Source: an uncultured Gemmataceae bacterium
GTDB lineage: Bacteria; Planctomycetota; Planctomycetia; Gemmatales; Gemmataceae
Direction: 5' to 3'
Length of the DNA: 64,000 nucleotides
NCBI GenBank assembly: GCA_963750165.1
Contig: CAVVPN010000011.1
Coordinates: forward strand, 1,248,001 to 1,312,000
The translations under genes and the position numbers were made by a program. The notes below the pieces were generated by a model. It worked only from the letters and a program-made list of their open reading frames with translations, did not search any database and was not told where the DNA came from. This document shows positions 1 through 9,339 of the stretch, one piece after another; within the stretch, counting starts at the first letter, position 1; every line of letters begins with the position of its first letter.

Positions 1-1980
1 CGCCGCCGAACGCAGGGGCACGCCCTCGACCAGCTCGTTGCCCGACAGCAGGGCGCTGCGCAGCACGTCGGCGGCGCCCTGCGCCTGCGTCGGGCCGATC
101 CGCAGCAGTGCTTCCGCCGCGGTCAGGCGCAGGATTTTGTCCGGGCTCTGCAGGGCCTGGCGCAGCGCGGGCACTGCCTCCTTCGCCGCCGGGCCAATGG
201 CGGCCAGCGCGTGCGCCGCCACGCGCGGCAGCCGTCCCGGCGGCCCGGCCAGCAGGTCGCGCAGCGGCGGCACTGCCTCCTTCGCGTCGGGGCCGATTTT
301 CGTCAGGGCCTGGGCCGCCCACAATCGCGTGCCCTCCGCCGGGTGGTGCAGGAGTGCCGTCAGGTCCGGCACCGCCTCCTTTGCCGCCGGGCCGAGCAGG
401 CTCAGCACCCAGGCGGCGCGGTCGATCACCCTGGCGTCCGGCTCGCGCAGCAGCGCCCGCAGCGTCGGCACCGCCTCCGGCCCGACCGCTGCCAGCGCGA
501 AGCCAGCCTCGTCGGAAACGGGATCGTCGGTCAGGCGCAACATCTTGCCCAGCGCGGGGGCCGCTTCGCGGGCGGCCGGACCGAGCCGGCCCAGCACGCG
601 CACCGCCAGGAGGCGCGCCCGGCCGCTCGGATCCTGAACCAGCGCCGCCAGCAGCGGCACCGTGTCCGGCCCCATGTTTTCCAGAGCCGTGGCGATTAGC
701 TCCTGGTCGGCGGCGTTCAGCCTCGGGTCGCGCAGTACGGCGGCCAGTGTGGGCGCCGCCTGCTTGCCAGCGGGACCGAGCCGGCTCAGCTGCGTCGCGG
801 CCGCGAACCAGCCGGACGCCTGGCAATCATGGAGCATCCGGAACTGACCGAACAGTCCCACCCCTTCAAACTCGGCCTTGCGGGTGTCCTGCAGGTCGTC
901 GCGCACCACCTGTACCAGGCCAGCCACGCCCGGCGGCCCCATCCGCAGCAGCGCCAGCGCCGCCGTGGGATACAGCGTGGCGTCGCCGCCACGGAGGATG
1001 GCGACCAGGTCCGGCACCGCCTCGGCGGCCGCGGGGCGCAGGCGGCCCAGCACCTCCAGGGCCGCGCGGCGCGCGTCCGCTCCGGCGCTGGCGTCCGCGG
1101 CCAGCGCTCGCAGTCCCGACAGCGCCGCCGGGCCGAGTTGCCGCAGCGCCACCGCCGCCTGGGCGCGGACGCCGGGGTCGGACTCCCGCAGCGCGGCCAC
1201 GTACACCGGCGCCTGGTCCGGCTGCGGGCCGAGACGGATGAGCACTTCCAGGGCGCGGCGGCGCAGGCTGCCGTCGGGTTCGCGGAGCAGGGCGAGCAGG
1301 TGTGGCGTGGCGTCCGCGGCGTGCGGCGGGTCGATCTCCAGCAGCAGCAGGGCCAGGCGCGGCCGCTCGGCGACGTAGCGCGGGTCGCGCAGGGCGGCGC
1401 TCAGGCCGGGCGTGGCTCCGGGGCCCCAGCGGTGCAGCTCGAAGTTGGCGAAGCGGTGCAGGTCGGGGTCGGAGCTGGTGAAGGCGGCGATCAGCGGCGG
1501 CAGTGCCGCGGGGCCGATGCGGTGCAGGGCCTGGCCGATGGTCTCGTGAGTGGGCGCGATTTCGGTCTTGACTGCCGCGACCAGCGCCGCCACCGCCGGG
1601 CCCTGGAGACGCTCCAGGGCGGCCTCGGCGGCGTTGCGCTGCGACGGATACAGCGTCTGGCTGTCCGCGATCAGCACGTGAATCGCCGCGGCGCGGTTCC
1701 GGGCGCTGACGCTCACCAGCCGATCCGCGGCGGCGATCCGGGTGAAGGGGTCCGCGTCCTGCAGCGCCCGCCGCAGCGCGTCCAGCTCAGCCGCAGGCAC
1801 TGTTTCCTCCGCCTCGTGGGCGGCGTCGAAGGGTTCGTCACGCGGATTGCTCGGCGGCGTCGGGTCGAGTACGGTCGTCGATTCGTCAGGCCCCGGCCGC
1901 GTGACCAGCCACACCACCAGGCCGCCCGCCAGGGCCAGCACCGCCGCCCCGGCACACATCCACTGCGTTCGCCGTCGCAT
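1..1980 (-). CDS. HEAT/PBS-lyase-like repeat protein with N-terminal membrane anchor; runs off the window start
   Basis: Not in the ORF track because there is no stop in the window. Manual translation from ATG at 1980 (RBS AAGGAGG) gives MRRRTQWMCAGAAVLALAGGLVVWLV..., and HEAT-like units such as LAAIGPAAKEAVPALRQAL lie in the same frame near base 1. Confidence 0.85.
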   Translation of the reverse strand, partial: MRRRTQWMCAGAAVLALAGGLVVWLVTRPGPDESTTVLDPTPPSNPRDEPFDAAHEAEETVPAAELDALRRALQDADPFTRIAAADRLVSVSARNRAAAIHVLIADSQTLYPSQRNAAEAALERLQGPAVAALVAAVKTEIAPTHETIGQALHRIGPAALPPLIAAFTSSDPDLHRFANFELHRWGPGATPGLSAALRDPRYVAERPRLALLLLEIDPPHAADATPHLLALLREPDGSLRRRALEVLIRLGPQPDQAPVYVAALRESDPGVRAQAAVALRQLGPAALSGLRALAADASAGADARRAALEVLGRLRPAAAEAVPDLVAILRGGDATLYPTAALALLRMGPPGVAGLVQVVRDDLQDTRKAEFEGVGLFGQFRMLHDCQASGWFAAATQLSRLGPAGKQAAPTLAAVLRDPRLNAADQELIATALENMGPDTVPLLAALVQDPSGRARLLAVRVLGRLGPAAREAAPALGKMLRLTDDPVSDEAGFALAAVGPEAVPTLRALLREPDARVIDRAAWVLSLLGPAAKEAVPDLTALLHHPAEGTRLWAAQALTKIGPDAKEAVPPLRDLLAGPPGRLPRVAAHALAAIGPAAKEAVPALRQALQSPDKILRLTAAEALLRIGPTQAQGAADVLRSALLSGNELVEGVPLRSAA

Positions 1981-2156
1981 TGGGTTCCTCCTTGAACACC
2001 TCCTTGCCCCAGCGCCCCGATGTTTACCAGAACGCGCTGAAAAAAGCTGCCCCGATTCTGGTCGCCGCTCCGGGGGCGCGGCCGCCGCGAGCCCGGCATC
2101 GCCCGTTCAATTACCCCATTTTCCCACAGCATCCCGAAAGATGGCCCTGAAAATCC

Positions 2157-2184
2157 TTGCAGTACCCCACCGCCGGGTTACAAT
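2157..2184 (+). promoter_or_regulatory. Candidate sigma70-type promoter for the oxidoreductase gene
   Basis: TTGCAG-N16-TACAAT, about 150 nt upstream of ATG 2334. Confidence 0.4.
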
Positions 2185-2333
2185 CGCAGATGTTGCGTTC
2201 TCGACCGATCCGCGGGCCTTTGCCAGTTCCACCCGTTTCCTTGGGGACGCATCGCCCGGTTGGCTCTCTTCTTTTCTCGTTAGGGCCCGCGCACGGCAGG
2301 ACGCCAGGGCGCACGGCCGGAAAGGTACGTTGC

Positions 2334-4322
2334 ATGAGCAGTGTCCTGGTTCAGTCTCCGCCGCGCACACCGGAAGCCGTCCGCGAACCGTCGGCAACCA
2401 AGTACGAATACCCCGGCATCCCCACGACCTGCGACGGCGCCGAAGCCGTCGTCCACGTCGAAATCCACGTCGCCCAGGCCGCGGGTGCCTACCCGATTAC
2501 CAGCTCGACCACGATGGGCGGCGGCTTCAACGCCGCGGTCATGAATGGCGACAAGAACCTGTGGGGCGACGAGCTGATGTTCTTCGAGCCGGAGAGCGAG
2601 CACTCCGCCGCCACCGTCTGCGAGGGCTTCGCCGTCGCCGGCGGCCGCGTCACCAATTTCACTTCCGGCCAGGGCCTCGTGCTCATGAAGGAGGTGCTGT
2701 ACACGATCTCCGGCAAGCGGCTGCCGGTGATGATGAACATCGGCGCCCGGGCGCTGACCAGCCAGGGCCTGAACGTCCACGCCGGCCATGACGACGTGAT
2801 GTCCGTTGCGGATGTCGGCTGGGGCATGCTCTTCGCCCGCAACGCGCAGGAGGCCGGCGACTTCTGCCTGATCTCCCGCCGCGCCGCCGAGGCCACGCAG
2901 ACGCCGTTCTTCAACATCCAGGACGGCTTCCTGACGACGCACACCGTCGAGACGGTGCTGCTGACGGAGCCGGCGTTCATGAAGGAGTTCATCGGCAGTC
3001 CGAAGGAAAAGCTGATGAACCTGATGGACCCGGCCAACCCGATGATGTCCGGCGTCGTGCAGAACCAGGACTCGTACATGAAGGGCAAGATCGCCCAGCG
3101 CTGGTACTACGACCGTGTGGAACCGGCGCTGGAAGAGGCGTTCGAGCTGTTCGCGCAGAAGACCGGCCGGCAGTACGGCTTCGTGGAGGCGTACCGCTGT
3201 GAGGACGCGGAATACGTGCTGGTCGGCATGGGCTGCTACATGGAGACGGCCAAGGTGACGGCCGACTACCTGCGCTCGAAGGGCATCAAGGCGGGCGTGC
3301 TGACGGTGTTCGTCTTCCGGCCGTTCCCGGCTCGGCAGATTGTGGCGGCGCTGAAGGACTGCCAGGCGTTCACGGTGTTCGAGCGCATGGACGACCCGCT
3401 CTCGACGACCGGCAACCACCTGACGCGCGAGATCAAGGCGGCGTTCTGCGACGCGCTGAACGGCCAGAACGGTCAAACGCGGTTGGACCGCATTCCGAAG
3501 ATCCACCACGCAGCGGCCGGCCTGGGCAGTCGCGACGTGCGGCCCGGCGACGTGATCGCGGCGTTCAAGAACATGATGGACCCGTTCGGCATGGACTTCT
3601 TCTGCGTGGGCATCGACCACGCGCTGGCGCTGAAGGCGCCGGAGGACCCGGATCTGCGGCCGCGCGGCGGCTTCTCGATGCGCGGCCATTCGGTGGGCGG
3701 CTTCGGTTCGGTGACGACCAACAAGATCATCGCGACCATCGCCGGCAACGTCTTCGGCAAGGACGTGCAGGCGTACCCCAAGTACGGCTCCGAGAAGAAG
3801 GGCCTGCCGACGACGTATTATCTGACGATTGCCGACTCGCACATCATGCTGCACAGCGAACTGGAACACGTCGATCTGCTGTGCATCAACGACCCGACGG
3901 CGATCCTGAATCCGCTGACGCTGCACGGTCTGCAACCGGGCGGCATCGTGTTCATGCAGTCGCCGAACCCGGAGCCGGCCGAGGTGTGGAAGCGCATCCC
4001 GGCGCACGTGCAGAAGATCATCCGCGAGCGCAAGGTGCGCGTCTACTACGCGGACATGGTCAAGATTGCGCGCGAGCAGGCGACCCGCGCTGACCTGCAA
4101 ATGCGTATGCAGGGCATTGTGTTGCTGGGTGCGTTCCTGCGGCTGACGCCGTACGCGACCGAGAGCCAGATGGACGACACGCAGGTGTTCGCGGGCGTCG
4201 AGAAGGCGCTGCGCAAGTACTTCGGCAAGCAGGGCGAGCAGGTGGTGAAGGACAACCTGACCTGCGTGCGCCGCGGTTACAGTGAGATGAAGGAGATTCC
4301 GGCGGCGGTGATGGGCACATGA
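2334..4322 (+). CDS. 2-oxoacid (pyruvate):ferredoxin/flavodoxin oxidoreductase, N-terminal subunit (domains I-III only)
   Basis: AYPITSST, ESEHSA, FTSGQGLVLM, QDGFLTTH and gamma-domain GGFGSVT...KYGSEKKG motifs; no ferredoxin or TPP-binding domain; start chosen at MSSVLV after GGAAAGG. Confidence 0.9.
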   Translation: MSSVLVQSPPRTPEAVREPSATKYEYPGIPTTCDGAEAVVHVEIHVAQAAGAYPITSSTTMGGGFNAAVMNGDKNLWGDELMFFEPESEHSAATVCEGFAVAGGRVTNFTSGQGLVLMKEVLYTISGKRLPVMMNIGARALTSQGLNVHAGHDDVMSVADVGWGMLFARNAQEAGDFCLISRRAAEATQTPFFNIQDGFLTTHTVETVLLTEPAFMKEFIGSPKEKLMNLMDPANPMMSGVVQNQDSYMKGKIAQRWYYDRVEPALEEAFELFAQKTGRQYGFVEAYRCEDAEYVLVGMGCYMETAKVTADYLRSKGIKAGVLTVFVFRPFPARQIVAALKDCQAFTVFERMDDPLSTTGNHLTREIKAAFCDALNGQNGQTRLDRIPKIHHAAAGLGSRDVRPGDVIAAFKNMMDPFGMDFFCVGIDHALALKAPEDPDLRPRGGFSMRGHSVGGFGSVTTNKIIATIAGNVFGKDVQAYPKYGSEKKGLPTTYYLTIADSHIMLHSELEHVDLLCINDPTAILNPLTLHGLQPGGIVFMQSPNPEPAEVWKRIPAHVQKIIRERKVRVYYADMVKIAREQATRADLQMRMQGIVLLGAFLRLTPYATESQMDDTQVFAGVEKALRKYFGKQGEQVVKDNLTCVRRGYSEMKEIPAAVMGT

Positions 4323-4333
4323 CGGATAACCGC

Positions 4334-4585
4334 AGCGGTCGTGTCTTTCGCCCCGAAGGGGCGGGACAACTTAGCCCCGGGCAACGCCCTGGGAACCAGG
4401 GAGGCGACTGTTACCCTGCTTTCTTCCGTGCCCTGAAGGGGCACCACAACAACGCTTGGGGTGCCCCTTCAGGGCACGGAAGAGAGCAGGTGGGGTCGCA
4501 TCGGCGTCCCCAGGGCGTTGCCCTGGGCTAAGTTGTCCCGCCCCTTCGGGGCGAAGAACCCGCCACACCCGAACGCAACGCGCTC
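4334..4585. repeat. Long REP/BIME-like compound palindrome
   Basis: Outer arm CGCCCCGAAGGGGCGGGACAACTTAGCCCCGGGCAACGCCCTGGG with its inverted copy; inner arm TTCCGTGCCCTGAAGGGGCACC with its inverted copy; flanks match 33053-33114. Confidence 0.85.
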
Positions 4586-4648
4586 TAGAATTTTGTCCGG
4601 CAGGCCCTTGCTTGCCGAGTCGGGGGGAAAGGGGACATCCAGGTTTAA

Positions 4649-4782
4649 TCACGACACATTTTCGGGCGGCGGTTCCCTTTTTCTCGGTCGGCCCCGCGGC
4701 CGCAGCGAGGACTCCCCCCCAGCCGCGTCGCCATCACCTGCTCCCAACCGGGCGTCCCGTACGGCCGCCCCCGCTCCGCGGT
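4649..4782 (-). pseudogene. C-terminal remnant of IS200/RAYT-like (Y1 HUH) transposase, copy 1
   Basis: Translates (one slip) to AERGRPYGTPGWEQVMATRLG-SSLRPRGRPRKREPPPENVS*; near-duplicate of 5685-5800. Confidence 0.65.
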
Positions 4783-4838
4783 GGGTGCCGGGACGGGCCG
4801 CGGATCGCCACCGAAGGACAATCATGCCGCCCCTCTGC

Positions 4839-5180
4839 CTACGGGATCTCCAGCACTATCTTCAGGCACGCCTCGATCTGCCGCATCACTGCGTCCGACA
4901 ACGAACCGACGGTCTGCAGGACGAGCGACTGATCGAGGGTGAGAAGGTTCCAGCACGAGGCGTAGCAGACTTTGCTGAGCCCCGAGGCGGTTTCCGCGGC
5001 CGGGTCCAGCAGGACCTCCGTGCCGGGGATGCCGTGCCGGGTGCCCGTGATCTGAACGAACACCGTGTCGTCGATAAGTCCGTTGAGAAAATCGGCCTGC
5101 ACGACCACAGCCGGGCGCGTCTTGCTCCCCGTCCGGTCGCTGAAAGGCCAGTCCACTTCCACCACGTCGCCGCGATTCAT
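4839..5180 (-). CDS. PemK/MazF family toxin (endoribonuclease)
   Basis: MNRGDVVEVDWPFSD...KTRPAVVVQ...VQITG, typical PemK N-terminus, 113 aa. Confidence 0.9.
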   Translation of the reverse strand: MNRGDVVEVDWPFSDRTGSKTRPAVVVQADFLNGLIDDTVFVQITGTRHGIPGTEVLLDPAAETASGLSKVCYASCWNLLTLDQSLVLQTVGSLSDAVMRQIEACLKIVLEIP

Positions 5181-5371
5181 GGTTTGCGGATGAGGTCATC
5201 GTCGGCGGGATTGTCCCAGTTCCGTTTGAGCGCAGCCATCCACTTCTGCATGGCCTGGTACTGGTCCTTGGGGACCAGCACGAACTGCTCTTGGGTTTTT
5301 GGGTTGACCAGGAGGGGCAATTGCTCTGCCTGTTCGACGGCCAGCACTTGTTCTTCGGTTAATGCAATCAT
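5177..5371 (-). CDS. Putative antitoxin (64 aa)
   Basis: MIALTEEQVLAVEQ...NPKTQEQFVLVPKDQY; stop overlaps toxin start (ATGA); RBS GAGGAG. Confidence 0.75.
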   Translation of the reverse strand: MIALTEEQVLAVEQAEQLPLLVNPKTQEQFVLVPKDQYQAMQKWMAALKRNWDNPADDDLIRKP

Positions 5372-5475
5372 GGCGTTCTCCTCGCTCCCGCATCTTATCG
5401 AGGTCGTTCGCGTGTTCGCTAGATCATTCGGACCCCCGGCGCACGAGGGTGGGGAGCTAACCCCATCTCCCACCC

Positions 5476-5688
5476 TTACGCCGAAGGCGTTGCATCATCT
5501 CGCACGCATCCTCTTGGGAAAAAAAGGGGGGAGAAAAACGGTTGGAGCATGACGCCCTCCGCGACCTCGGACAGCGTGGCGCCCTCCACGACCCGCAACT
5601 CGACCGTCTGACCGTCCACGGTCGCCCGGTACGTTATTCCGGGGCGGAGGTCCAACCCCCGGAGGGCTTCGACCAACAGAACACTCAC
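5476..5688 (-). CDS. Small hypothetical protein, possibly an orphan antitoxin-like fragment
   Basis: 70 aa ORF; GTG start overlaps the stop of the transposase remnant. Confidence 0.45.
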   Translation of the reverse strand: MSVLLVEALRGLDLRPGITYRATVDGQTVELRVVEGATLSEVAEGVMLQPFFSPLFFPRGCVRDDATPSA

Positions 5689-5955
5689 GGCGCATTTTCG
5701 GGCGGCGTTTCCCTTTTTCTCGGTCGGCCCCGCAACCGCAGCGAGGACTCCACTCCCAACCGCGTCGCCATCACCTCCTGCCAGCCGGGCGTCCCCGCGC
5801 CGCGCTCACCCGCAGTTGCTCCAACTCCGCCGCGCTCACCGGCGCGTTCACCCACTCCGCCCAGCACGCGGGCCGCGGCACCGGGCCTTCGCGCCAGTAA
5901 CCGGGCTTCGTCGCCCCTCCCACCAGGCAAGCCAGACTCGACCAGGCCCAAGCAA
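5685..5955 (-). pseudogene. C-terminal remnant of IS200/RAYT-like transposase, copy 2
   Basis: WAWSSL...PVPRPACWAEWVNAPVSAAELEQLRVSAAR / GTPGWQEVMATRLGVESSLRLRGRPRK across two frames; catalytic N-terminus absent. Confidence 0.7.
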
Positions 5956-6038
5956 CATAGAGGACACGGAGAGGAAAAGAGGGGACCAATTCTGTCCTCC
6001 TCTTTTCCTCTCTGTGTCCTCTGTGTCCTCTGTGGCTA
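5956..6038. repeat. 9-nt-periodic intergenic palindrome, (CACAGAGGA)n type
   Basis: Right arm CTCTGTGTCCTCTGTGTCCTCTGTGGCTA identical to the right arm at about 30281-30309; left arm shortened. Confidence 0.8.
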
Positions 6039-6063
6039 ATGCTTTTCTGAGCGTGTCAAGTTG

Positions 6064-7359
6064 TTAGCGCCCTCGCAGGTCGTAGCACAGCAGCACGTCG
6101 TTGCCGCGCACATACAGCCGGCCGTTGGCGATCACCAGATGCGCCCAGCTCGGCGTGCCGGTGTAGTTCGGCAGCTGGAACGAACTAATCAGGTGGTAAC
6201 CGCGCGGCGTCGCCTCCACCAGCGCCATCACGCCGTTCTCGAAGCGATAGTAAAGCTTCCCATCGGCGTAGAGCACTGTGGACGAACCCGTGCCGGGACC
6301 GCGCACCGGCCCCCACTTGAACGTGCCTGCCTTCACGTCCAGGCAGAACGGCATGCCGTTGTTGTGACCGTGGCCGCCGTACAGGTAGTCGCCCACCAGC
6401 ACCATGCCGCCGTGGTGGTTCTGCAACTTGTTGCCCTTGAGGAAATACTCCTCCTGGACCGTGACACCGCCGTCGCCCGTCGGCACCATCCGCAGCAGCG
6501 CCGCGCCGGTGCCGTAGCCGGTGGACGTGAACACCAGGTCGCCCTTGACGATCGCCGTCGGGATGTTGGCGGTGCCGTTGGCGATGCGCTCGTAACACCA
6601 CAGCATCTTCCCATCGCGGGCGCGGACGCTCACCAGCCCCTTCCTGAACAGGGTCACATACTGCCGGACGCCGCCAACCTCCGCCACCACAACCGAGGCG
6701 TAGCCCGCGCCGCCGCAGTTCGGCATCTTCGCCTTCCAGATCACCTCACCGTTGCGCTTGTCCAGCGCCACCAGCGCCGCGTCGTCGCCGCCCGGCGTGA
6801 CGATCAACCGATCACCGTCCACCAGCGGCGATTCACTGTAGTCCCAGCCGGACATCATGCGACCGCCCAGATCCTTCTTGAAACTCTTGCGCCAGCGCAC
6901 TGAACCGCTGGCCGCGTCCAGGCAGACCAGCTCGCCCTGCCGGCTCAGCGCGAACACACGGTCGCCGTCCACCGTCGGCGTCGAGCGCGGGCCATCGCCC
7001 TGGCCCTGGGCGATCCGCGTCGCCCACAATTCCCGGCCGCTGGCCTCGTCCAGCGCGAACACCAGATCGTCCTTGCCGCGGTCGCCGATCGTGAAGATGC
7101 GGCCGCCGGCGACGGACACGCTGGAGTAACCGCGACCGACGCCCTTGCCCTTGTTGATGGTTTTGGAATTCCAGAGCAGTCGGGGGCCGTCCTGGGGCCA
7201 TTCGCGGAGCAGGCCGGTTTCGAGGGAGCGGTTGTCACGGTTGGGACCGCGGAACTGCGGCCAGGCGCGGGCGGTGTCGTTGACTTGCCGGTCCTGCGCC
7301 GCGGCGGGGATGGCCCCGGCCAGCAGCGCCGCCAGCACGGCAGCGATGCACGATTTCAT
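6064..7359 (-). CDS. Secreted PQQ-binding-like (BamB-like) beta-propeller protein
   Basis: Signal peptide, WPQFRGPNRD, repeated A-x-D-xx-G-xxx-W units, C-terminal LLCYDL. Confidence 0.9.
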   Translation of the reverse strand: MKSCIAAVLAALLAGAIPAAAQDRQVNDTARAWPQFRGPNRDNRSLETGLLREWPQDGPRLLWNSKTINKGKGVGRGYSSVSVAGGRIFTIGDRGKDDLVFALDEASGRELWATRIAQGQGDGPRSTPTVDGDRVFALSRQGELVCLDAASGSVRWRKSFKKDLGGRMMSGWDYSESPLVDGDRLIVTPGGDDAALVALDKRNGEVIWKAKMPNCGGAGYASVVVAEVGGVRQYVTLFRKGLVSVRARDGKMLWCYERIANGTANIPTAIVKGDLVFTSTGYGTGAALLRMVPTGDGGVTVQEEYFLKGNKLQNHHGGMVLVGDYLYGGHGHNNGMPFCLDVKAGTFKWGPVRGPGTGSSTVLYADGKLYYRFENGVMALVEATPRGYHLISSFQLPNYTGTPSWAHLVIANGRLYVRGNDVLLCYDLRGR

Positions 7360-7566
7360 GCAAGGACTCCAACGGGGGTGGGATAAAACGCGTTCTGGGG
7401 TAGGTCTTCCTTCACGGCGGGGAAACCGGGCGGGAGGGCGCAGCGTAGTTGGTATTGAGTGTAATACATCACTCCGCGGAGAACAAGGGGGTGTCGGCGC
7501 GGCGCGAGGGTTACAATCGTCGCGGGCGTCCGGTGGTCAGGACCGCCCGCCGGGCACTTTCGGATT

Positions 7567-7647
7567 GCCAGGCGCAACGGAACCCCGTGTACGTTTCGCG
7601 CGGACTCTGATCGTGCGAAACGCAAACGGGGTTCCGTTGCGCCCGGC
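7567..7647. repeat. REP-like long hairpin
   Basis: GGCGCAACGGAACCCCGT...ACGGGGTTCCGTTGCGCC with inner CGTTTCGCGCG/CGTGCGAAACG stem. Confidence 0.75.
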
Positions 7648-7732
7648 GCGCGTGGCCGCCGTGGGGCGCCGGGCTATATTAACCTCCAACCTCTGCCTCC
7701 CTCCTGCTCGCCCTGTCCCCGGAGCCGCCGCC

Positions 7733-7975
7733 ATGACGCCGTTTCGGCTGGCCTGCCTCTGCGTCGCCCTCGCCGCGCCGGCGACCGCCCAGCAGCCCGT
7801 CCCCGACACGACCGTCATTGCCGAAGCCGAGGAATTCAAGGTACAGGGTCAGGGCGGTTGGCGGCCCGGCGTCTGGGGCGAGAACTATTATTGTGCCACC
7901 TTCGCCAACTCGTTCCTGAGCCGCAAGGCGTTCGCTGGACCTGGACGTGGCGGACGCCTTGTTTTGCGGAACTGA
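7733..7975 (+). pseudogene. Truncated 5' fragment of a secreted hypothetical protein
   Basis: RBS GGAG, signal peptide MTPFRLACLCVALAAPATA, protein-like VIAEAEEF...WGENYYCATFANSFLSRKAF, then abrupt end. Confidence 0.55.
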
Positions 7976-8006
7976 CGGGTGTTAACTTTTCTCAGAGGGG
8001 GTTGCC

Positions 8007-8766
8007 ATGAAGATGCGTTTCGGACTGGTGGCGTTGTTGACGGCGGGCCTGGTGCTGACGGCGCAGGGCGCCGCAGGGCCAGGGCGACAAGAACCCGGCG
8101 ACGACGCCGGCGCCACGGATGGGCAAGGGCGACAAGCCGGACGTGAACTGGATCAAGCGGCACAACGGCTTCACGGAAGCCATCGCCAAGAACGGCAAGG
8201 ACGCGGAGTTGCTGTTCCTGGGTGACTCGATCACCGACGCCTGGCGCGGCAAGGCGGCGCAGCCGACCTGGAACAAGTATTTCGCGCCGTACAAGGCCCT
8301 CAACTTCGGCATCGGCGGCGACCGCACGCAGCACGTGCTCTGGCGGTTGCAGCACGGCGAACTGGAAGGCTTCCGGCCGAAGGTCGCGGTGCTGATGATC
8401 GGAACGAACAACACCGGCAGCGACAGCGCCGAGCAGATCGCGGCCGGCGTCACCGCCATCGTCAAGGAGATTCACAAGCAGTCGCCGAACACGAAGGTGC
8501 TGCTGCTGGCCATCTTCCCGCGCGGCCCCAAGGCCGGCAACCCGCAGCGCAAGAAGATCGAGCAGATCAATAACATCATCTCGAAGCTCGACAACGGCCG
8601 GACCATCAAGTACCTGGACATCGGCCAGAAGTTCCTCAAGGACGACGGCGCCTTGACCAAGGACATCATGCCGGACTACCTGCACCTGAGCGCCGAGGGC
8701 TACCGCATCTGGGGCGAAGCCATCGCGCCGACGGTCGCGGCCATGATGAAGGGCACCGCGAAGTAA
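8007..8766 (+). CDS. Secreted GDSL/SGNH esterase (PAF-acetylhydrolase IB-like); apparent frameshift near 8075
   Basis: GDSIT, GIGGDRT, MIGTNN, DYLHL motifs; signal peptide lies in a different frame (8007 ORF). Confidence 0.9.
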
Positions 8767-8792
8767 CCGAACTCAACGACTGGAGGGCTCGC

Positions 8793-9170
8793 ATGTTCCG
8801 TCTCATTCCCGTGCTGACCCTGGCCGCGGGCGCGGCGCTGGCGCTGTCCAGCGCGGCGCAGGACGGCGCCAAGGTGGACATCCGCGGCAAGGTGACGAAG
8901 TTCACCGCCGCCAAGCCCAACAGCGCCGGCATCCTCGCCTCCATGATGGTCGAGGGCAAGAAGCTGAACACCAACTACGACAAGGCGCTGGTGCGCATCA
9001 CCGCCAAAACGAAGATCATGAAGCTCATCCTCCGGGAGCGCCAGCCCGCCAAACTCGAAGACCTCAAGGAAGGCGTGGTCGTGGAGGCGAAGTTCACCGG
9101 CCCGGTGGCTCAGTCCTACCCGGTGCAGGCGACGGCCGCCGAGATCCTGATTCACCCGAAGCTGAAATAA
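8793..9170 (+). CDS. Secreted small beta-barrel hypothetical protein (YobA/DUF3221-like)
   Basis: Signal peptide; VDIRGKVT...DKALVRITAKTKI...FTGPVAQSYPVQATA. Confidence 0.7.
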   Translation: MFRLIPVLTLAAGAALALSSAAQDGAKVDIRGKVTKFTAAKPNSAGILASMMVEGKKLNTNYDKALVRITAKTKIMKLILRERQPAKLEDLKEGVVVEAKFTGPVAQSYPVQATAAEILIHPKLK

Positions 9171-9339
9171 CGCCGGCCGCATGACAAACGCCCGGGGGCG
9201 AGGGTAGAATCAATCCGGTGTCGCCGGGTTGGTGTTCCCTCGCCCCCCTGCTGTTCGTAGCGAGGCTGGACATGAGCGCCGGGCCGGTCCTGACCGTCAC
9301 GACGAAGGCCAGGTGGTGCGGTTGTGAGCGGCGCTGGCG

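Noticed and set aside
38..1995. Long plus-strand ORFs (e.g. 829..1995, 108..1241)
   Set aside because: Antisense or off-frame shadows of the minus-strand HEAT-repeat gene, typical of high-GC DNA
2280..4100. 606-aa minus-strand ORF and similar long antisense ORFs throughout (e.g. 38014..39609, 45381..47411)
   Set aside because: Exact antisense of genes with clear motifs; no recognisable domains
4319..4652. Short ORFs on both strands with mirrored peptides
   Set aside because: Artefacts of translating a palindromic repeat
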